Of a stretch of DNA of 64,000 nt, positions 48,695 through 62,244 are shown piece by piece; the stretch's first letter is position 1; each line of letters begins with the position of its first letter. This DNA comes from Callorhinchus milii. Its lineage: Eukaryota. The translations under genes were made by a program, and so were the position numbers. The stretch lies in the NCBI RefSeq assembly GCF_018977255.1, contig NW_024704743.1, forward strand, positions 103,046,001 to 103,110,000. Direction: 5' to 3'. Below the pieces are notes generated by a model. The model worked only from the letters and a program-made list of their open reading frames with translations. It had not been told where the DNA came from and searched no databases.

Positions 48695-49065
48695 TCCTGT
48701 AACTCATTGGTTAGGGCACTCGCTTCGCAAGCAAGAGACCTGGGTTCAATTCCCGGCAGGGCGAAATGTTGGGCAGGTTTCCTTACTCCACACGCCTGTT
48801 TATCCAGCAGTAAGTAGGAACCCAGGTGTTAGTTGGTTATCAGATCACTTTTCCAGGAGTAATTATTCCTTCAAAAAAATAATAGTAATTTAATCACTTC
48901 AATCCACAACTGTTCGTGGGACATGGCTGTGCGCATTTGGCTGCTGCGTTTTGCCCACAAAATATACAGTCAATTCACTTTAAATTATATACTGTGAAGC
49001 TCTTTAAGACGTCTCAAAGACATGATAAGGCACTATATCAAATGCAAAGATTAGATTATTATTAT
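48695..49065 (+). mobile_element. tRNA-Ala-derived SINE, near full length
   Basis: cctgtaactcattggttagggcactcgcttcgcaagc..gggttcaattcccggcaggg..cctgtttatccagcagtaagtagg..(TTA)n tail. Confidence 0.85.
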
Positions 49066-51269
49066 ATATGCATACATGTGAAAGGTAACCCTATAGATGC
49101 GGATGACATCGCCGAGCGGGACCATGTAGATATTAAGAAGAGAGAACTGAAAATAGAGCCCTGAGGAGTGTGGCACATGATGGTACAGGGACAGGAGGAG
49201 AAGCCATTTGCAAATATAAAATGGAGATGTTGGAATAGGTAAGAATGAAAAATTTTAAATAGTAATTTGTAACCTTCTTAGCAATATTTTCCAACATTTT
49301 TCCCTTTTTTTTAATGATCTGAGAAGAATACATCAATGGTATTCCATTAAAACCCTGACATCTCATTCCTATTCTGATACTTTAAGGACTTTAAAATTCA
49401 CTACATATTCCATATTGCCTTTTGTCTTGCTCTATATTAAACTGCTCTTATTTTAGCATCTCCTGCAAATCTGGTCACCTCTCCAAGTATTTCACTAGAG
49501 TGTTAACCTAGTTTATGACTTGGTATGGGACTTGAATTCCCAGCCTTCTAAAAACATTCTCTCTGCATCAATATCATCCTTTAACAATAGTTACTCTGAT
49601 ATCCTTTCACTGACTTGTCGAAATCCAACACATTGCCACAAGTGAATGAGAGAAATGGAATTAAATGACTTGGGATCCAAACTCTTCTCTTTTGGAACTC
49701 ATCAGCCAGAAAATCTGTTATACATTAGGAAGGTCCTCACTCTTGAACTCATCAAGATGCATATTGATATCATAAAACTGTCTTAACTTTCCCAAAGTTG
49801 CTCTGGTTTACACAACCATTCGATCAGTTTTGTGACCTACTGCCATTCTACCTCTGTCACTTACAGAACTGGTGCCAGGACAGAGGTTAACTTCTGTCGT
49901 CAAGAGCCAAATTGGTTCATTAGTCACCCAATTACTTTTTCAGTTGCAATTCAACATTTCAATGTCATCGTGATGGGCAGGGTGAAATGATCTGTTGAGA
50001 ACCAAAGCATTCTGAGCAAGGCTGCAATATAAATTGAAAAGTACAAAATGAGTGAGACCTTTTAGTAATGTTTGTTTCTACTAATATTTTATATAACAGA
50101 GGAGAGTTAGAAGAACTGTTTGACAAAGTGTTGCATCGAATTACGAAGGCTGCACAACACCAAAAGCAGCCATTCGTCCTGACAATTCCAGTGTTTGTAT
50201 TCCACATGAACCTCCATCCAAAACCCTCGACACCAGCAATGATGTTCCCGCTGTACACCTCTATTGCCTCTTCTCCCATGTAATGCAATGTAATCCTTAC
50301 ATTTGATAGAATACCTTTCGTGTCAGCAGGACACTGCAAAGTGCTTCACAAGATATACTGTAAGGTGTAGCGACTATGTATGTTGTAGTACAATTAATTC
50401 TTCACTGTGACTAATATGTTTCTTAAAGAAGCACTACATTTAAATCTCCTCCAATTCTCCCAGTTTCTCACTAAACAAGGTGCTAAAACATTTACAAGTG
50501 ACAGTTGACTGATTCCGACAAAAAAAACAAAATAGCTTAATTAGCCTTACATTACAGTAATTGCTTGTAATTTAGTCACTGGGGAAGAACAGCAGTCACA
50601 TTAAAAAGAGGTGAAAGATTTCAGCCTGATATGTCTAGTTTGATTACTGACCTCAACATTTTGAGATTTTTCTAATCTAAATAGTGCAAACTCAAACCTC
50701 TTAATATTGTTACCTGTAATACTCAGAAAAATTAAACGTCTTTATCTGCCAAAAATAACTACAATGCTTCAAAGTGAAATCGTAAGGCAATGTACATTGT
50801 ATAAATTCTTGAATGAGTTTTCCAATGAAGTATTAAATTCAACCATCATCAGGGTTGTGTTTTAAACCATCAAAACTTTTGATGACAGAAATATTTAACA
50901 TGTTCTGTCCAATACCAATATTTCTAATACTTATATAACATGGTGCCTTGAACTGGAATCACAGTCATCATTGCTTCAAATAATGCCTCATTGTAAGAAA
51001 TGTATGTTGCTACTGCCTGTCACACAGGTGCAGTAGCTAGTTTTACATTTATAATCATCTTTGCACTAAGTGCTCTGTTTTTTCATGTCTGGTTTTACTG
51101 CAATTCATTATTAAAGAGAATCCTGCAGATTCCAGCCCTAGTGAAGGTCTTTACATCTTGGAGGCATGTTAAACGTATGAATTGGTAATCACATTCAATA
51201 TATTTGGGGGCAAGATTGGGAGGAATTTGTGTTATGTGATGTGATAATTATCATTGGTAATAATTATAG

Positions 51270-51585
51270 GTGTCAGCATATCTTAGGTTGTGGATTGAAG
51301 CCCCACATCAGGACTTTGAACTCAAAGTGTATGCTGATACCAGTATAGTGCTGGGGAGTGCTGTATTGTTGGCGATGCTGTCTTTCAGATGAGACTTTTA
51401 ATCAAGATCCTGACTGTTTCTTCAGGTGGATGCTAAATATTCCACAACATTTTTCAAAAAGAAAAGGGAGTCTATCCTGGTGAACTGGCTGACAATCCCC
51501 TAGTTAAATATGGTCAGTCACTTCATGGTTACTTATAGGACATTTCTGTGCACAAATTAGCTGCCGCATTGGCCTATAAATAGTC
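51270..51585 (+). mobile_element. DeuSINE copy
   Basis: gtgctggggagtgctgtattgttggcgatgctgtctttcagatgagac...ttcaggtggatg. Confidence 0.8.
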
Positions 51586-51609
51586 AGCAGACCAGAACAG
51601 CGGTGGCCA

Positions 51610-52115
51610 ATAACAACAAACAACAACAAATGACATTTCTGGAATGCCTTTCACATTGGAAGGATGTCCCAAGGTGCTGGACAGTCAAGGATTTGGACCC
51701 TGAGCTGGGGGCTGTGATCAGAAGGGGTGGAGGGCTGAGAGGGTAAGGGTAGGAAGGTGACTGAAGATGCGGTTTAAGAGGAAGGTCTTGAAACAGGCCT
51801 TGAAGGAGGAAAGGGAGGAGCTGAGACGATGGGACTGTGGGATGGAGTTCCAAAAGAGGAGGGCAGAAAGACTGTTGGACTGACCATTGATGGTGGGGCG
51901 GGCAGGGTCAGAGACGTGGAGCAGCCCAGTGTTGGCTGATCAAAGGGAGCGGACAGAATGGTGTGGAGTTAGCAGGTCGCAGAGGTAGGGAGGAGCAAGG
52001 TTGTGGAGGATGTTGAAGGCAATGACAAGGATTTTGAATTCTATCCTCTGGGGGATGGGGAGCCAATGGAGCTGGGCAAGATAGGGGTGATAGGCTCACG
52101 AACCATGGCCTGCAG
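51610..52115 (-). mobile_element. L2 LINE 3' end
   Basis: Same tail and ORF2 C-terminal motifs as the other copies. Confidence 0.85.
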
Positions 52116-52975
52116 GTCGGAAGTGGCCCGAGGGCCATCAAGAAGTCTCACCGAACATTTGCACTAATGTAGAGGAGTCTGTTTTAAATCAATGTTTGTT
52201 TTCATTGGCAAATTTTGGCCATCTTTTCTCTCTGCATTCTCTTCAGCTCCAACCCCCCAGCTTAGATACCAAGCCACTAGCTTTGTCAGACACTGAGATG
52301 TCCTCCCAATGTGGAAGGTGCTATATGAATGTAAATTGTAATTTTATGTATACATTTGCACATTTTAGTAACTAAATTCATGAATTTCATTGTGTTCTTA
52401 GGGTTATTTCTTGCCTGCCAATTCAAGCATCTGCTTCGGAAGTTTAACTGAATTTTTGTTGATCTCAGGAACTTTACAGAATCTGTCCCCTTTTTGCCAT
52501 TTACATACTTTTTTAAAAGTGTAATGAAATGGAAATAAAGTTTACTGGCAGCCTGTCTCACTCCAAGATTCAAACCATTGTCATGTAATGCTGTTACCTG
52601 AACCAAGCTTGTGTGTTTTTCTTTGTTTTTCCACTTCAATATGAATAATTTAATCGCTCTGTGTGTACTATCAATACACAATGGAGCTGTTTTATTTCAG
52701 TTACCAGCTGCTAGAATATGTTTAGAAGCTATATTGGTTTACATTTGCTGCAAGACACATTTAGTCTAATCATTTGAGATTGAAGGAAAGATGTGCTTCT
52801 GAAGAATGTTTGTAAGATCTTTTCCAGTGTGCCTCCACTTTCTCATTTCAATTTAAAGTGAAAGCAGAATAACATCTAGCCCTTTACTTAAAAACAATTT
52901 GCAAGGTAGGGAAGGTGTGATAGTTGTAGATAAAAATATAAAAATGTGGGGAAATGAAAACTATACACCAACTGA

Positions 52976-53129
52976 TCAAAATAGCACTATTCTCAATGCA
53001 TTTTATTCTTTTATTATCATGGGGAAAAATAAACACTTCAGGATACCTTTTTCATTGCAATTTCAAAAGTGTTTCTTATTGCCCATGATAATAAAGGAAT
53101 AAAATGCATTGGGAATAGTGCTATTTTGA
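52976..53129. repeat. Long inverted repeat (arms about 60 bp)
   Basis: tcaaaatagcactattctcaatgcattttattc..ttattatcatggg is inverted to cccatgataataaaggaataaaatgcattgggaatagtgctattttga. Confidence 0.9.
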
Positions 53130-53199
53130 CCCGACACAAAAGACAGCATAAACATGTTTCAGACCAAAATTTTTGAGACCAACTGATATCTGAATACTT

Positions 53200-53590
53200 G
53201 AACTGCAATGAAATGTCTCAAAACCTTAGGAGTTACTGTGAAGTATAGAGACTGTGTATTTTTTAAGTGAACATAGCAATTTACGCAGCAATATCCCACA
53301 GATATTGTGAACTTTTTGAAACAAAAGCTGTGAGATTGTTGGCCAGGACACCTGGAGAAATTCTCTCTTTTTTAAATGGTGCAATAGAATGTTTAATGTT
53401 TACCTTAACAGGCAGACAGGATATTGGTTTAAGGTCTCATCCAAAGGACAGCAACTCCAACAATGCAGCACACACCAGCACTGTATTGCATTGTCAGCCT
53501 GGACAGCGAGTTCAAATTCCTAAAGTGGGGCTTGAACTCACAATCATCTGACTCAGAGGTGAGCATGCTACCAACTGAACCAGGCTCACA
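53200..53590 (-). mobile_element. DeuSINE copy
   Basis: Reverse of head and core. Other partial copies at about 5920-6390, 16365-16550, 22440-22690, 25220-25525, 26980-27200, 34800-35150, 56880-57210 and 60360-60545. Confidence 0.8.
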
Positions 53591-55504
53591 TTTAATATTA
53601 AGCAAAAACAAGAAATGATCTTTGTCACATGATGGAATAATCTGTTCCACAAAAGTCATGGATTTTAAAAAAGGTTGGTAAGAAATCTCCTGATATTTTA
53701 ATATTTTATAATGCAAGCCAACTAACACTGAACTTTTTTACAGTACATGTATCTTGCTTTTACCACTGTAGTTGTTTTTTGTTTGCGTTTTTTCACTTGA
53801 TGCTGAAAGATTGGGCGGTGCCTGGCTTTGATTGTTTCTGATATATGTTGTCTGATGAGATTCATCAGCACAAACTGAGTTGAATGTTAGCAAATGAATA
53901 ACAGTGTGCCTTTATATAGTGCCCTTCACATAGGATAAAATCTTGAAATAAATGTTCATTTTCCTAGAAAAAAGCCCCTATCAAATAACAGTTTGAATAT
54001 CTCTATCTTCCTGTAAAAAAATAAGTAATTTATTATAATGATGACCAATAGTCTCTAATTTGCCTCTCCTGTGCTTGGTAAGACATTAACTTCTGGGATT
54101 CTGCAAGCAGAACATCTGGCTCACGTGCTTCTAGTTATTTCCTGAGCAGAAACTGACCAAATCACGAATTGGTGTGCACAAAGCTAAATACATACATTCT
54201 TGCTTGTCCAAATTGTCATGTCAGAAATCCTGAACATTTGCATGTGGAGCAAAAAACTTTATTTTTATCCTTGGAAGCCAAGAGGCATTTAAAAATGATT
54301 ATTAATAACAATGCTTGCCAGCAATGCAAAGACAGTTTGCTTAACTGCTTGGCTGGGTGGGGGGGGGGGGGGGGGGGGGCATTGTGTAACAATCCCATGA
54401 AATGCTTCAAGCCTCAAGAATATGGAGTAGTCCCAGTTTTAAATCTGTGCATTTCCTGGCCTCCATCCTTGCCAAAGATGAAAGTTCACACCAAGTTTTG
54501 AAGCAGAGACAAAATGTTTCATTGGTTTTATCCAAGACATTGCATATATATATGTATACACACACACACAAGAGGAAAAGGGACATTTACTTTCTGAGAC
54601 GCAGAAAAACCCATTACCCATTTCACTCCATTAGCAGAACCGCAATCTCCTGAACATCAGAGCACCAAAGAGAAGACAATCTGGCTCCATTTGTTGGCAA
54701 AACTCCCTTGCAACAGAGACCAAAATGAATAATGAGATGGTGCTTGCAAAGTGTGTCAAGTTAAAAACTGAGCTCAAAGTTTTCACAATCTTCACCAAGC
54801 AGAACACCATCTGCTTGTAACTCCGCTGCCTTCAGGAATACAGAACATGTGAAAAGAACTCATCTTCATGAAGTTGGGATAGAAAATTGGTAGACATGAG
54901 CAATACACAACAAATGTGATGTTCAGTCTTTAATGTTTAGGACAGCTGTCTGATTGTTAAACTATGCACCATAAAATGCTTTTAATATATTTGCATTTTA
55001 TTTTATGGTTAGGTAAATTGCTAATGTTGTCTCAGTGGGGAAGTTTTTTTGTGAAATCCATGACTATGTATGCACATGGATGTCTGATTGACTTATTGTT
55101 CCAAGTTGCATTCAGTTGACTCTAAAAGACAAGATGTTCTTATAGATTTAGAACACATCTATCCTATGAATATCAAGTGGAATAACTTTCACTGATCACA
55201 GATCGTGTTAACATAATTGTTTCACAATTTATGTTATTAATCATCATGATAATACATTTAACTGTGTACTCTGTAACAGCATAAGTTGAATGATACATTA
55301 AAAGTTTCAATGGTTTTATCCAAGTCATTGCATATGAGAAAAAGGGACATTTATTTTGTTAGATGTAAAAATAACATTTATCTCATCCATTCCATTCTCT
55401 TAGCAGAACTGCAATTGCTTGGGACAAGGACTGCAGTTGTTGTTGCTGTTCAGTGGGTTGAAGCACAGAGGAACACTTTCAATCTTTGAATGCTTTTCCA
55501 TATC

Positions 55505-56075
55505 TTTTGGTCAGCTGGGTGTGTGACACATGCAATGACCTATCACCATGCTTCAGAATATCCAAACCAGAGAGTTCCACATATCCATGCAAATGAAATG
55601 TGTTTGGAATACACGCTCTCTCCCTGGATAGAGACATTCTGTTTACTTAATTCCAGAGAGTATTAGGAGTAGATAAGCAAAAGCCAACATTTTGATATCC
55701 CAGAGCCTGCTTTGGAATTCTGCCTGAGTCCTGCACATAGCTTCCAATTGAGATCTGGCTAGCTTCGGACTGCTTGTCCACCAAGAACCCTACTTGTTAG
55801 GAATTTAACCCAAATGATCAACAAGAATTGAATGAGAAGAATCCCTGCTTCCAGTTCCGGCTGATAAACCTGGCTGGCTGGTCTGTCATCAGCAGTAGCC
55901 TAGAGCACTGCGGACAAGCCTGGCTCTGGAATCGGACCACTGAGCTCATCAAGATCATTGTCTTAACTCAATTTTGATATTCATTGTCATCTTGGAGCCA
56001 GCTCAGCCTGAATGAGCTGTCTCGTACCTTTCCCCCCTCCTTCGCCCCTTCCCACTGGATGGTCATCTAAAAGGG
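55505..56075 (+). mobile_element. Family X repeat, copy 7
   Basis: ggtcagctgggtgtgtgacacatgc...atcaccatgcttcagaatatccaaacc...gcctggctctggaatcggacc...ggagccagctcag. Confidence 0.8.
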
Positions 56076-57399
56076 GTATAAGAAGGGATGTGAAATGTAT
56101 CAGCAATTGTAGTTGTATTCCTTCTTTGAAATTGATCAATAGAATACAGAGCAGGCACCAGGAAGGGTATAATTAATAAGGTATAAAAATGGTCTGTCAA
56201 TGCAATGTAGCTAAATTATTGATTCATTCAAATTGTTTCATTGCAATTGATTAATAAAAGACTTCACTTAACACTGTAGCAGACTAAGCAATGTGTGCAT
56301 TCTCTTTGGTTTAATCCCTTTCACTGGATAACCACAAATAAAACTGGCTAAGGTGCTGTTGTTTTGTTTTGAAACATCCTTTTCATGATGTTAGATGAAT
56401 GAATGAATGATGCAAACTTTTGCAGACCTTTTATGCTAATAAACAGTGGAAGATGCACCATAAATTTGGGAGCCAAAGAAATAGCATTGCATCTTAAACC
56501 GTGCTGAATAAGAGTGTGTGTATCTAGGGAGAACTTTATTCTCCCATTCCATCTGCCAGATCATCTGTGGTACATTTGAAATCATTTTTGGGATTTAGTG
56601 CCCAGCCATCTATAGTAGGATCAGGGGAAAAATCCAATCCCCTTTATTAGCCACCCAGATGTGCTTAAAATGAAAAAATGAAATAAAACAACATGTGTGA
56701 ATTGCAAAAGAGGTTAATTTGGAAGAGAAAATTAGATTCACGGTTTCCAACATAACTTCATTAGACCTGCTAGAGATCTTTAGATTTTTCTCCTTTTATG
56801 TTAGACATCTAACATCTGCTACTTTTATCTCTTCAGGATAGAGCTAGTTGGTGGTTCAACTTAACTTCAGCAATAAATAATCCTGGAATAATCCTTGCCT
56901 TTGATATTGGGTTTTCATCGTCAGAAGGACGCTTTGTAGGATTTTCAGTAAAAATTTAATGACTGTTTTTTTTGTACAAAACAGCCATGAAGTGAGTGAC
57001 CGATTGTATCTGGCGTCTAGTTGGAACTGAGAAAACCTCCCTTGTCTTTTCAAATAGTTTTCGTTTCATCCAAATGATTGCACCTCCAACAATGCAGTGC
57101 ACCCCAAGCGCTGCACTGAAGTGTCAGCCTAGAATAAGAGTTCAAAATCCAGATTTGGGGATTGAAACCACAGCCTGCTGTCTCAGCAAGAAAGCCAGGC
57201 TGACGCAAAGTAAATCACATATCCTATCGGTTATAAATAATACATGGTTACTATATCTATATTTAATACAGCAATTCCTACAGATCCTTATCAGTCAAAT
57301 CAAATCGCTTTGAGATTTTTGACGATATTAGGCATTGTATGAAAACTAGGATTTTTGTTATTATTAGGACAGTTCAAAGCTTTCAAACTTTTGTTTACT

Positions 57400-57740
57400 T
57401 GGTTCTGAGATGAGCATCCTTACCTCAACTACCCTTTCTGGTAATCTGTTCCAGTCATTAGTTTACCTCTCGGTAAAGAAATACTTCTTCGTTTTAGTCC
57501 TGAAATTGCCCTTTGCAACTCCAAAGCTGTGTCCTCTTGTGCTGCTGTCTTGGTGAATCTGGAAGTATTATTCGGAGTTTACTTTTAAAATCCCATTTAA
57601 ATTTTAGATATGTTAAAAATGTCCCCTTTGAGACATATTGTTTCAAGCATAAGAGCTCTAGCTTGCTATTCATTGCTCAAGCTCATTCTACTGATACTGG
57701 GGATCAATCTTTGTGATATTTATACCACTCTTTTGTAGAG
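57400..57740 (-). mobile_element. CR1-clade fragment
   Basis: ctgttccagtcatta...aaagaaatacttc...cctgaaattgccctttgcaact; related to 63720-64000. Confidence 0.65.
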
Positions 57741-58644
57741 AACAAGTGTAAAATGTGCAGGGCATGTGCTCTTGAAATAATTGAGTTTCTTCTCAAATTC
57801 CCCAACCATGATGTTTCTGCTATATCAATCCATTTTAATAAGAAATTATGGCATGGTGAGTTCTGTTGACCTTTTTAATTAATGCTTAATGATTTGAAAT
57901 CACTTTGAAAAATGATAGCAGTGATAAACTTCTCTTCATACTTTCTAATCTACCCATGCTCAAGGTTTTAATTTGTGAACTGCGAAGTCATCCAAATTAA
58001 CAGTTGTGAGAGGAACTAAGTTAAACATGATTAAAATAATGGTCTAAATTGATGTGAGAGATTAATGAAGGACACAGATTCTCCATACCAATTTGTGCAC
58101 ATTATAATCCTTAAACATTCTTGCTTCTTTTCTCCCTCCTCTTTGGATTACAAGTAAATGTAATGTCTCCTGTTTATAGTACAATGTATAGTTTTGCAAT
58201 TAGCTTGAACACATACAAACAGTTTTCAGAGTCAAAGCTGGTAACATCAAGGTGGAAATTGTGGTTTGTTGAGACAGACAACAACTGAAAACTGAAGTCA
58301 AGCTTCCTCCCATAACTTAACTTCAAATATTGGACGTGAAGCCAACTTGAAATTCCTTCCATCAGAACTCACTGTGCCATAATTTCTTATTAAAATTGTT
58401 TGATATGGCAGAAACACCTGGTGGAGGTGTGTTGTGTGTATGTGTATGGGATGGGGTGTGGGATTGGAGGGATAGATGAGGTGTATGTGAGAGATTTTTT
58501 TTTAATAAACCCAAGTGAAAAGCCACACCCTATAGTGCAAGATGCTGTAACAAAAGTTGAAGTTGAAAAGAATAGGAGAAATAGTGAGGTAAATGTAGTG
58601 GTAAGGTAAAATCACCTTTGGGCATTTTGGGAAGGAACTCATAT

Positions 58645-58790
58645 ATAACAACAACAACAACAAGATTTCATTTATAGAGTGCCTTTCACGTCGGGAGGAT
58701 GTCCCAAGGCGCTGTACAGTTGGGTCAGGACCCAAGCAGGGGGGAAATGGTCAGGGTGAGGGGAGGGAAGGGAGGGAGCGAGGAGGGGGT
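58645..58790 (-). mobile_element. L2 short 3' tail
   Basis: Closely matches the start of the 27845 copy. Confidence 0.85.
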
Positions 58791-59209
58791 AGAGATATAT
58801 AGCCACAATTGAGAGCTTATAAGTGAGTGAAAGTGGTTACACATGCGGAGCTACTCTGAAATCAATAGCTACCAAAAGCTTCACACCAAGCCTTTGTGCA
58901 AAAGCCACCACACTTTACATTAAATCTGATGAAGCACCTTAAAATGTCCTCCCAAGGTGAAAGGCACAATATTAAATGGAAGGATTATAAGATTCCATTA
59001 AAATTGAGAACAACTCCATTGCATCAGTCTCCATTTGTATCTTATACAATGTGTTCTACACCAACAACAACAACTTGGATTTATATAACGACCTCCACGC
59101 CGGACGGCATTTCAGAATGCTTAATAGTGGCAAAGGGATTATTCTCCCCTTAGAGTAAAGTTATCATCCTGTGGTAATGGGAACTAGTCGGACAGATATT
59201 TAAAATGTG

Positions 59210-59275
59210 TAGAACCCCATCGCCATACGTAAGAGTATCCAAACAGAGTTCCATTTATGTAAGCTACCTACACTT
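59210..59275 (+). mobile_element. Family X repeat, short fragment (copy 8)
   Basis: aaccccatcgccatacgtaagagtatccaaacagagttccat. Confidence 0.5.
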
Positions 59276-60199
59276 TGTCTATCCAGCAAACCTACAGGTG
59301 AATGCTTATGACAAAACAAATTATTAAAAACAACTACAACTTGCATTATACAACACCCTTTATGTGGGTAATGTCTGAGTGCTTCATAGTGGCTGAGCAC
59401 AATGCCAAGCCGGGGAGAGAGAGACACTCACCACCAAAGGTTAGAGAGGATAATATTAGGGTGAAATTTTTAAGATGTGATGTTGAGGCAGCAGACATAT
59501 CGCAGCATAGAGCTGATTTATAAGATTCAATTCTATATATTGGCCTAATGTCTCCAAGATACAAAAGTGTGTTAAGATACTTTAAAGCACTTCAGTGAAT
59601 TGATTGAAGATAATAAGATTTTGAATTAATCTATGGCACCAAAGATTAAGAAAGGCTTGTCAAAAGAATAAAATTTCCTATCCTTGTGAATCAAAGAAAG
59701 AATGCAAGCCTAACATGATAACAAAACTTGCATTGAAATTAAATGCTATCAGTGGATTCTACAGTGACAAGATAGCAATTAATTAGACTTATTTACTGGG
59801 GTGAACAGATTTACTGATTGCTCCACTGATAAAATTAGTCAAGACTACAGAAAGTTAAGGATGATAATTGGGTGTATGTTCGCCTGAAAATACAATCACC
59901 CCACTTTATAGTAAAATACTGTGATTTGAGACATCCTCATGAAGTTAACAGAGCTATATCAAATGCCAAGATTAATATCATTAATGATAAACCATTCTAA
60001 AACATTCTTAAGTTTTGAAATATATTGGCATAATTTGTGGTATTTCTTAACTGAATCTATTAGAAATCCTGTCGACAGATGGGAATTCTGCTCTGGAAGT
60101 TGGAACCAAGTTCTTGGGGATTGGTGGGATGTTGTTTTTCTGGGTTTCTAGAGGATGCATCCTGTTAAGGAATACTGTAAATCAGTGATACAGCTCTTA

Positions 60200-60345
60200 A
60201 GATAACAACAACAGGAACTTGGATTTATATAGCGCCCTCCACGCCGGACGGCGTCTCAGAGCGCTTTACAGTTTCGGATCCCGGGACCGAGCCGGGGAGA
60301 GGGAGGGGCAGGTGACCAAAGACACGGTCGAAAAGAAAGGTCTTC
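60200..60345 (-). mobile_element. L2-type 3' tail, second subfamily
   Basis: ggatttatatagcgccctccacgccggacggcgtctcagagcgctttaca; a related fragment lies at 59060-59125. Confidence 0.75.
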
Positions 60346-60639
60346 AGCAGAGAGTATTCAAAATATCTGAAAGCACTTGAGTTACTTTGTATATTATATA
60401 GAAGCCAGTTTGCCCACAGCTTGTCCAACAAACAGTCGTGAATTGAATGACTAATTTTTTTCTAATAAATCTAAGGGACCATTGGGACAAACGCTTTTCA
60501 AATAATGCCATGGGATTTTTAATATCCACCAGAACAGGCAGATGCTAGTGAATACTTTTGAAAGTACGTTTGCATCCAGTGCTTTATGCAAACACTATTG
60601 GATCAAAACCACATCTTCCTTCCACAGTAGAATGAGTAG

Positions 60640-60860
60640 ACAGTGTGGTGTATCATCAGGATTGCTTCACCACTGGGGTTTAGAATCCATCTGAGAATAT
60701 AGTACTGAAATGAAATGCTCTGCTCCTCTTTTCCCGGTTGTAAACTTCTTGAATGAAATTAATTTAGACAGTCTTAATTCCGATTATAAAAAGATTCCCA
60801 TTAATGTGCCCATCATACAGCAAGGCACCTAAAATGCCTGGTGTAGGAGAGGGCATATGT
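60640..60860 (+). mobile_element. Ancient LF-SINE-like fragment
   Basis: ttcaccactggggtttagaatcca...gaaatg...gacagtcttaattcc resembles the LF-SINE 5' half as recalled; a 3'-half-like piece lies at 15965-16075. Confidence 0.35.
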
Positions 60861-61739
60861 CACAGTAGTACACATAAAGATGGTTTTAGTAGGCTGTGGA
60901 TTAGGGCATGTTATTGGATAGAGTTGAAAGATCTTTACACTGCATCTAGCCTGGTGAAAATCTGATTTGACACCAGCAGTGAGTGGGGAGAATAAAAGGG
61001 TGAAAAAACACATCTTTCCCTGATATTGACACAACTTGGCTAAATAATCATTAAAAAAACAGGATTATGATATATTTGTGTACACCATGTGTATTGGTTA
61101 ACATTTATTACAACACAATTAAAACCATTTTTTGAATCTCTATCCAAATAATGTCATAATTCTCCCCAGGCTCTTTACAGTAGCTATGTAGTGCTATATG
61201 GAATTTAATCATTAGTGACAAGTGGTGTGTAGTTGAAACCCTTCATTCATCATGGTTCCCAGGACAATATTTAAGTTTGAAAAGGCAATTTAATGACTGA
61301 CAAATCTAATGTACCTTAATGGCATACAAATATTTGGACCTGAAGACTCAGAGAGGCATTCCTTACCATTTGTGAGCATGGAAAAACACATTTACAGGAA
61401 TATTCCTGGGCCATAAGCAGAGCTCAGAATTGATTCACTTAGGATCCTTGAGATAGGCTTAAGATCCATGAATACGATCAGAAAAGTAATTAGTAGCACT
61501 CAAAAATGATTCTCAATAAACTGAAATTCAAGACTGCAGTGACTGGACTTTTCAGACAGGTTTGGGTGCTATCGTTGTTCAGGACTTAGATGCTCGTTCT
61601 AAAGATATTTTCACCTCTTTCCCTAAATTGGAAACAGACGGTTCAATTTTGATCCCAGTACTACTGATGTTCGTTTCATCAATGTTAAAAATAAATTATT
61701 AAAATACCTTCTTTTTTAAAAAAAATCTCTATATTTTAG

Positions 61740-62230
61740 GAAACATAGGAAAACAGAAAGCAGAAACTGGAGGCCATTCAGCTCACCAAGCTTGTTCCAA
61801 CAGTTAATTTGATCTTGGCAGATATTTTCATCCCAATAGCCTGTCCTTTCACTATACCACTTAATACATCTACTACCCTGTCTATCTGTCTATCTCCTTT
61901 TTAAACATCCCAATTGATTCCACTTCTACAGCTCGCTGAGGCTGAAGTATTCACAATGTCTCTGTGTAAAGAAATGTTTTCTGACCTTTGTTCCCTGTTC
62001 TAAGTTTAAGGCACTGCCCTCATAATGAATCTCTCTACCAAGGCACTATCTAATTTGTCAATACCTTTCATTATTTTTAAATACCTCAATCAAATCAACC
62101 CATAACATTCCCTGCTCTAAGGAATGTAACCCCAGTCTAGCCAGCCTCTTATCATAGCTCAGTCCTTTTAGCTAGTGCATCCTTCCCGAGAATAGGTGCT
62201 CCAAACTGAACACAGTGGTCCAGGTATTCT
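61740..62230 (-). mobile_element. CR1 LINE 3' end
   Basis: catag...gcagaaactggaggccattcagc tail and ORF2 C-terminal remnants. Confidence 0.75.
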
Positions 62231-62244
62231 TTTTGTTACTTTAC

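Noticed and set aside
54358..54379. Poly-G run (possible G-quadruplex)
   Set aside because: A simple homopolymer of unreliable length with no supporting context.
58217..58284. Minus-strand exon candidate (ttttcag|TTGTTG...TGTTT|gtatgt)
   Set aside because: Weak donor context, end phases incompatible with the next predicted exon, and no CpG or codon signal.
61347..61385. 39-nt exon candidate EYSCKCVFPCSQM ending at AATG|gtaagg
   Set aside because: Poor acceptor tract; cannot be distinguished from chance.
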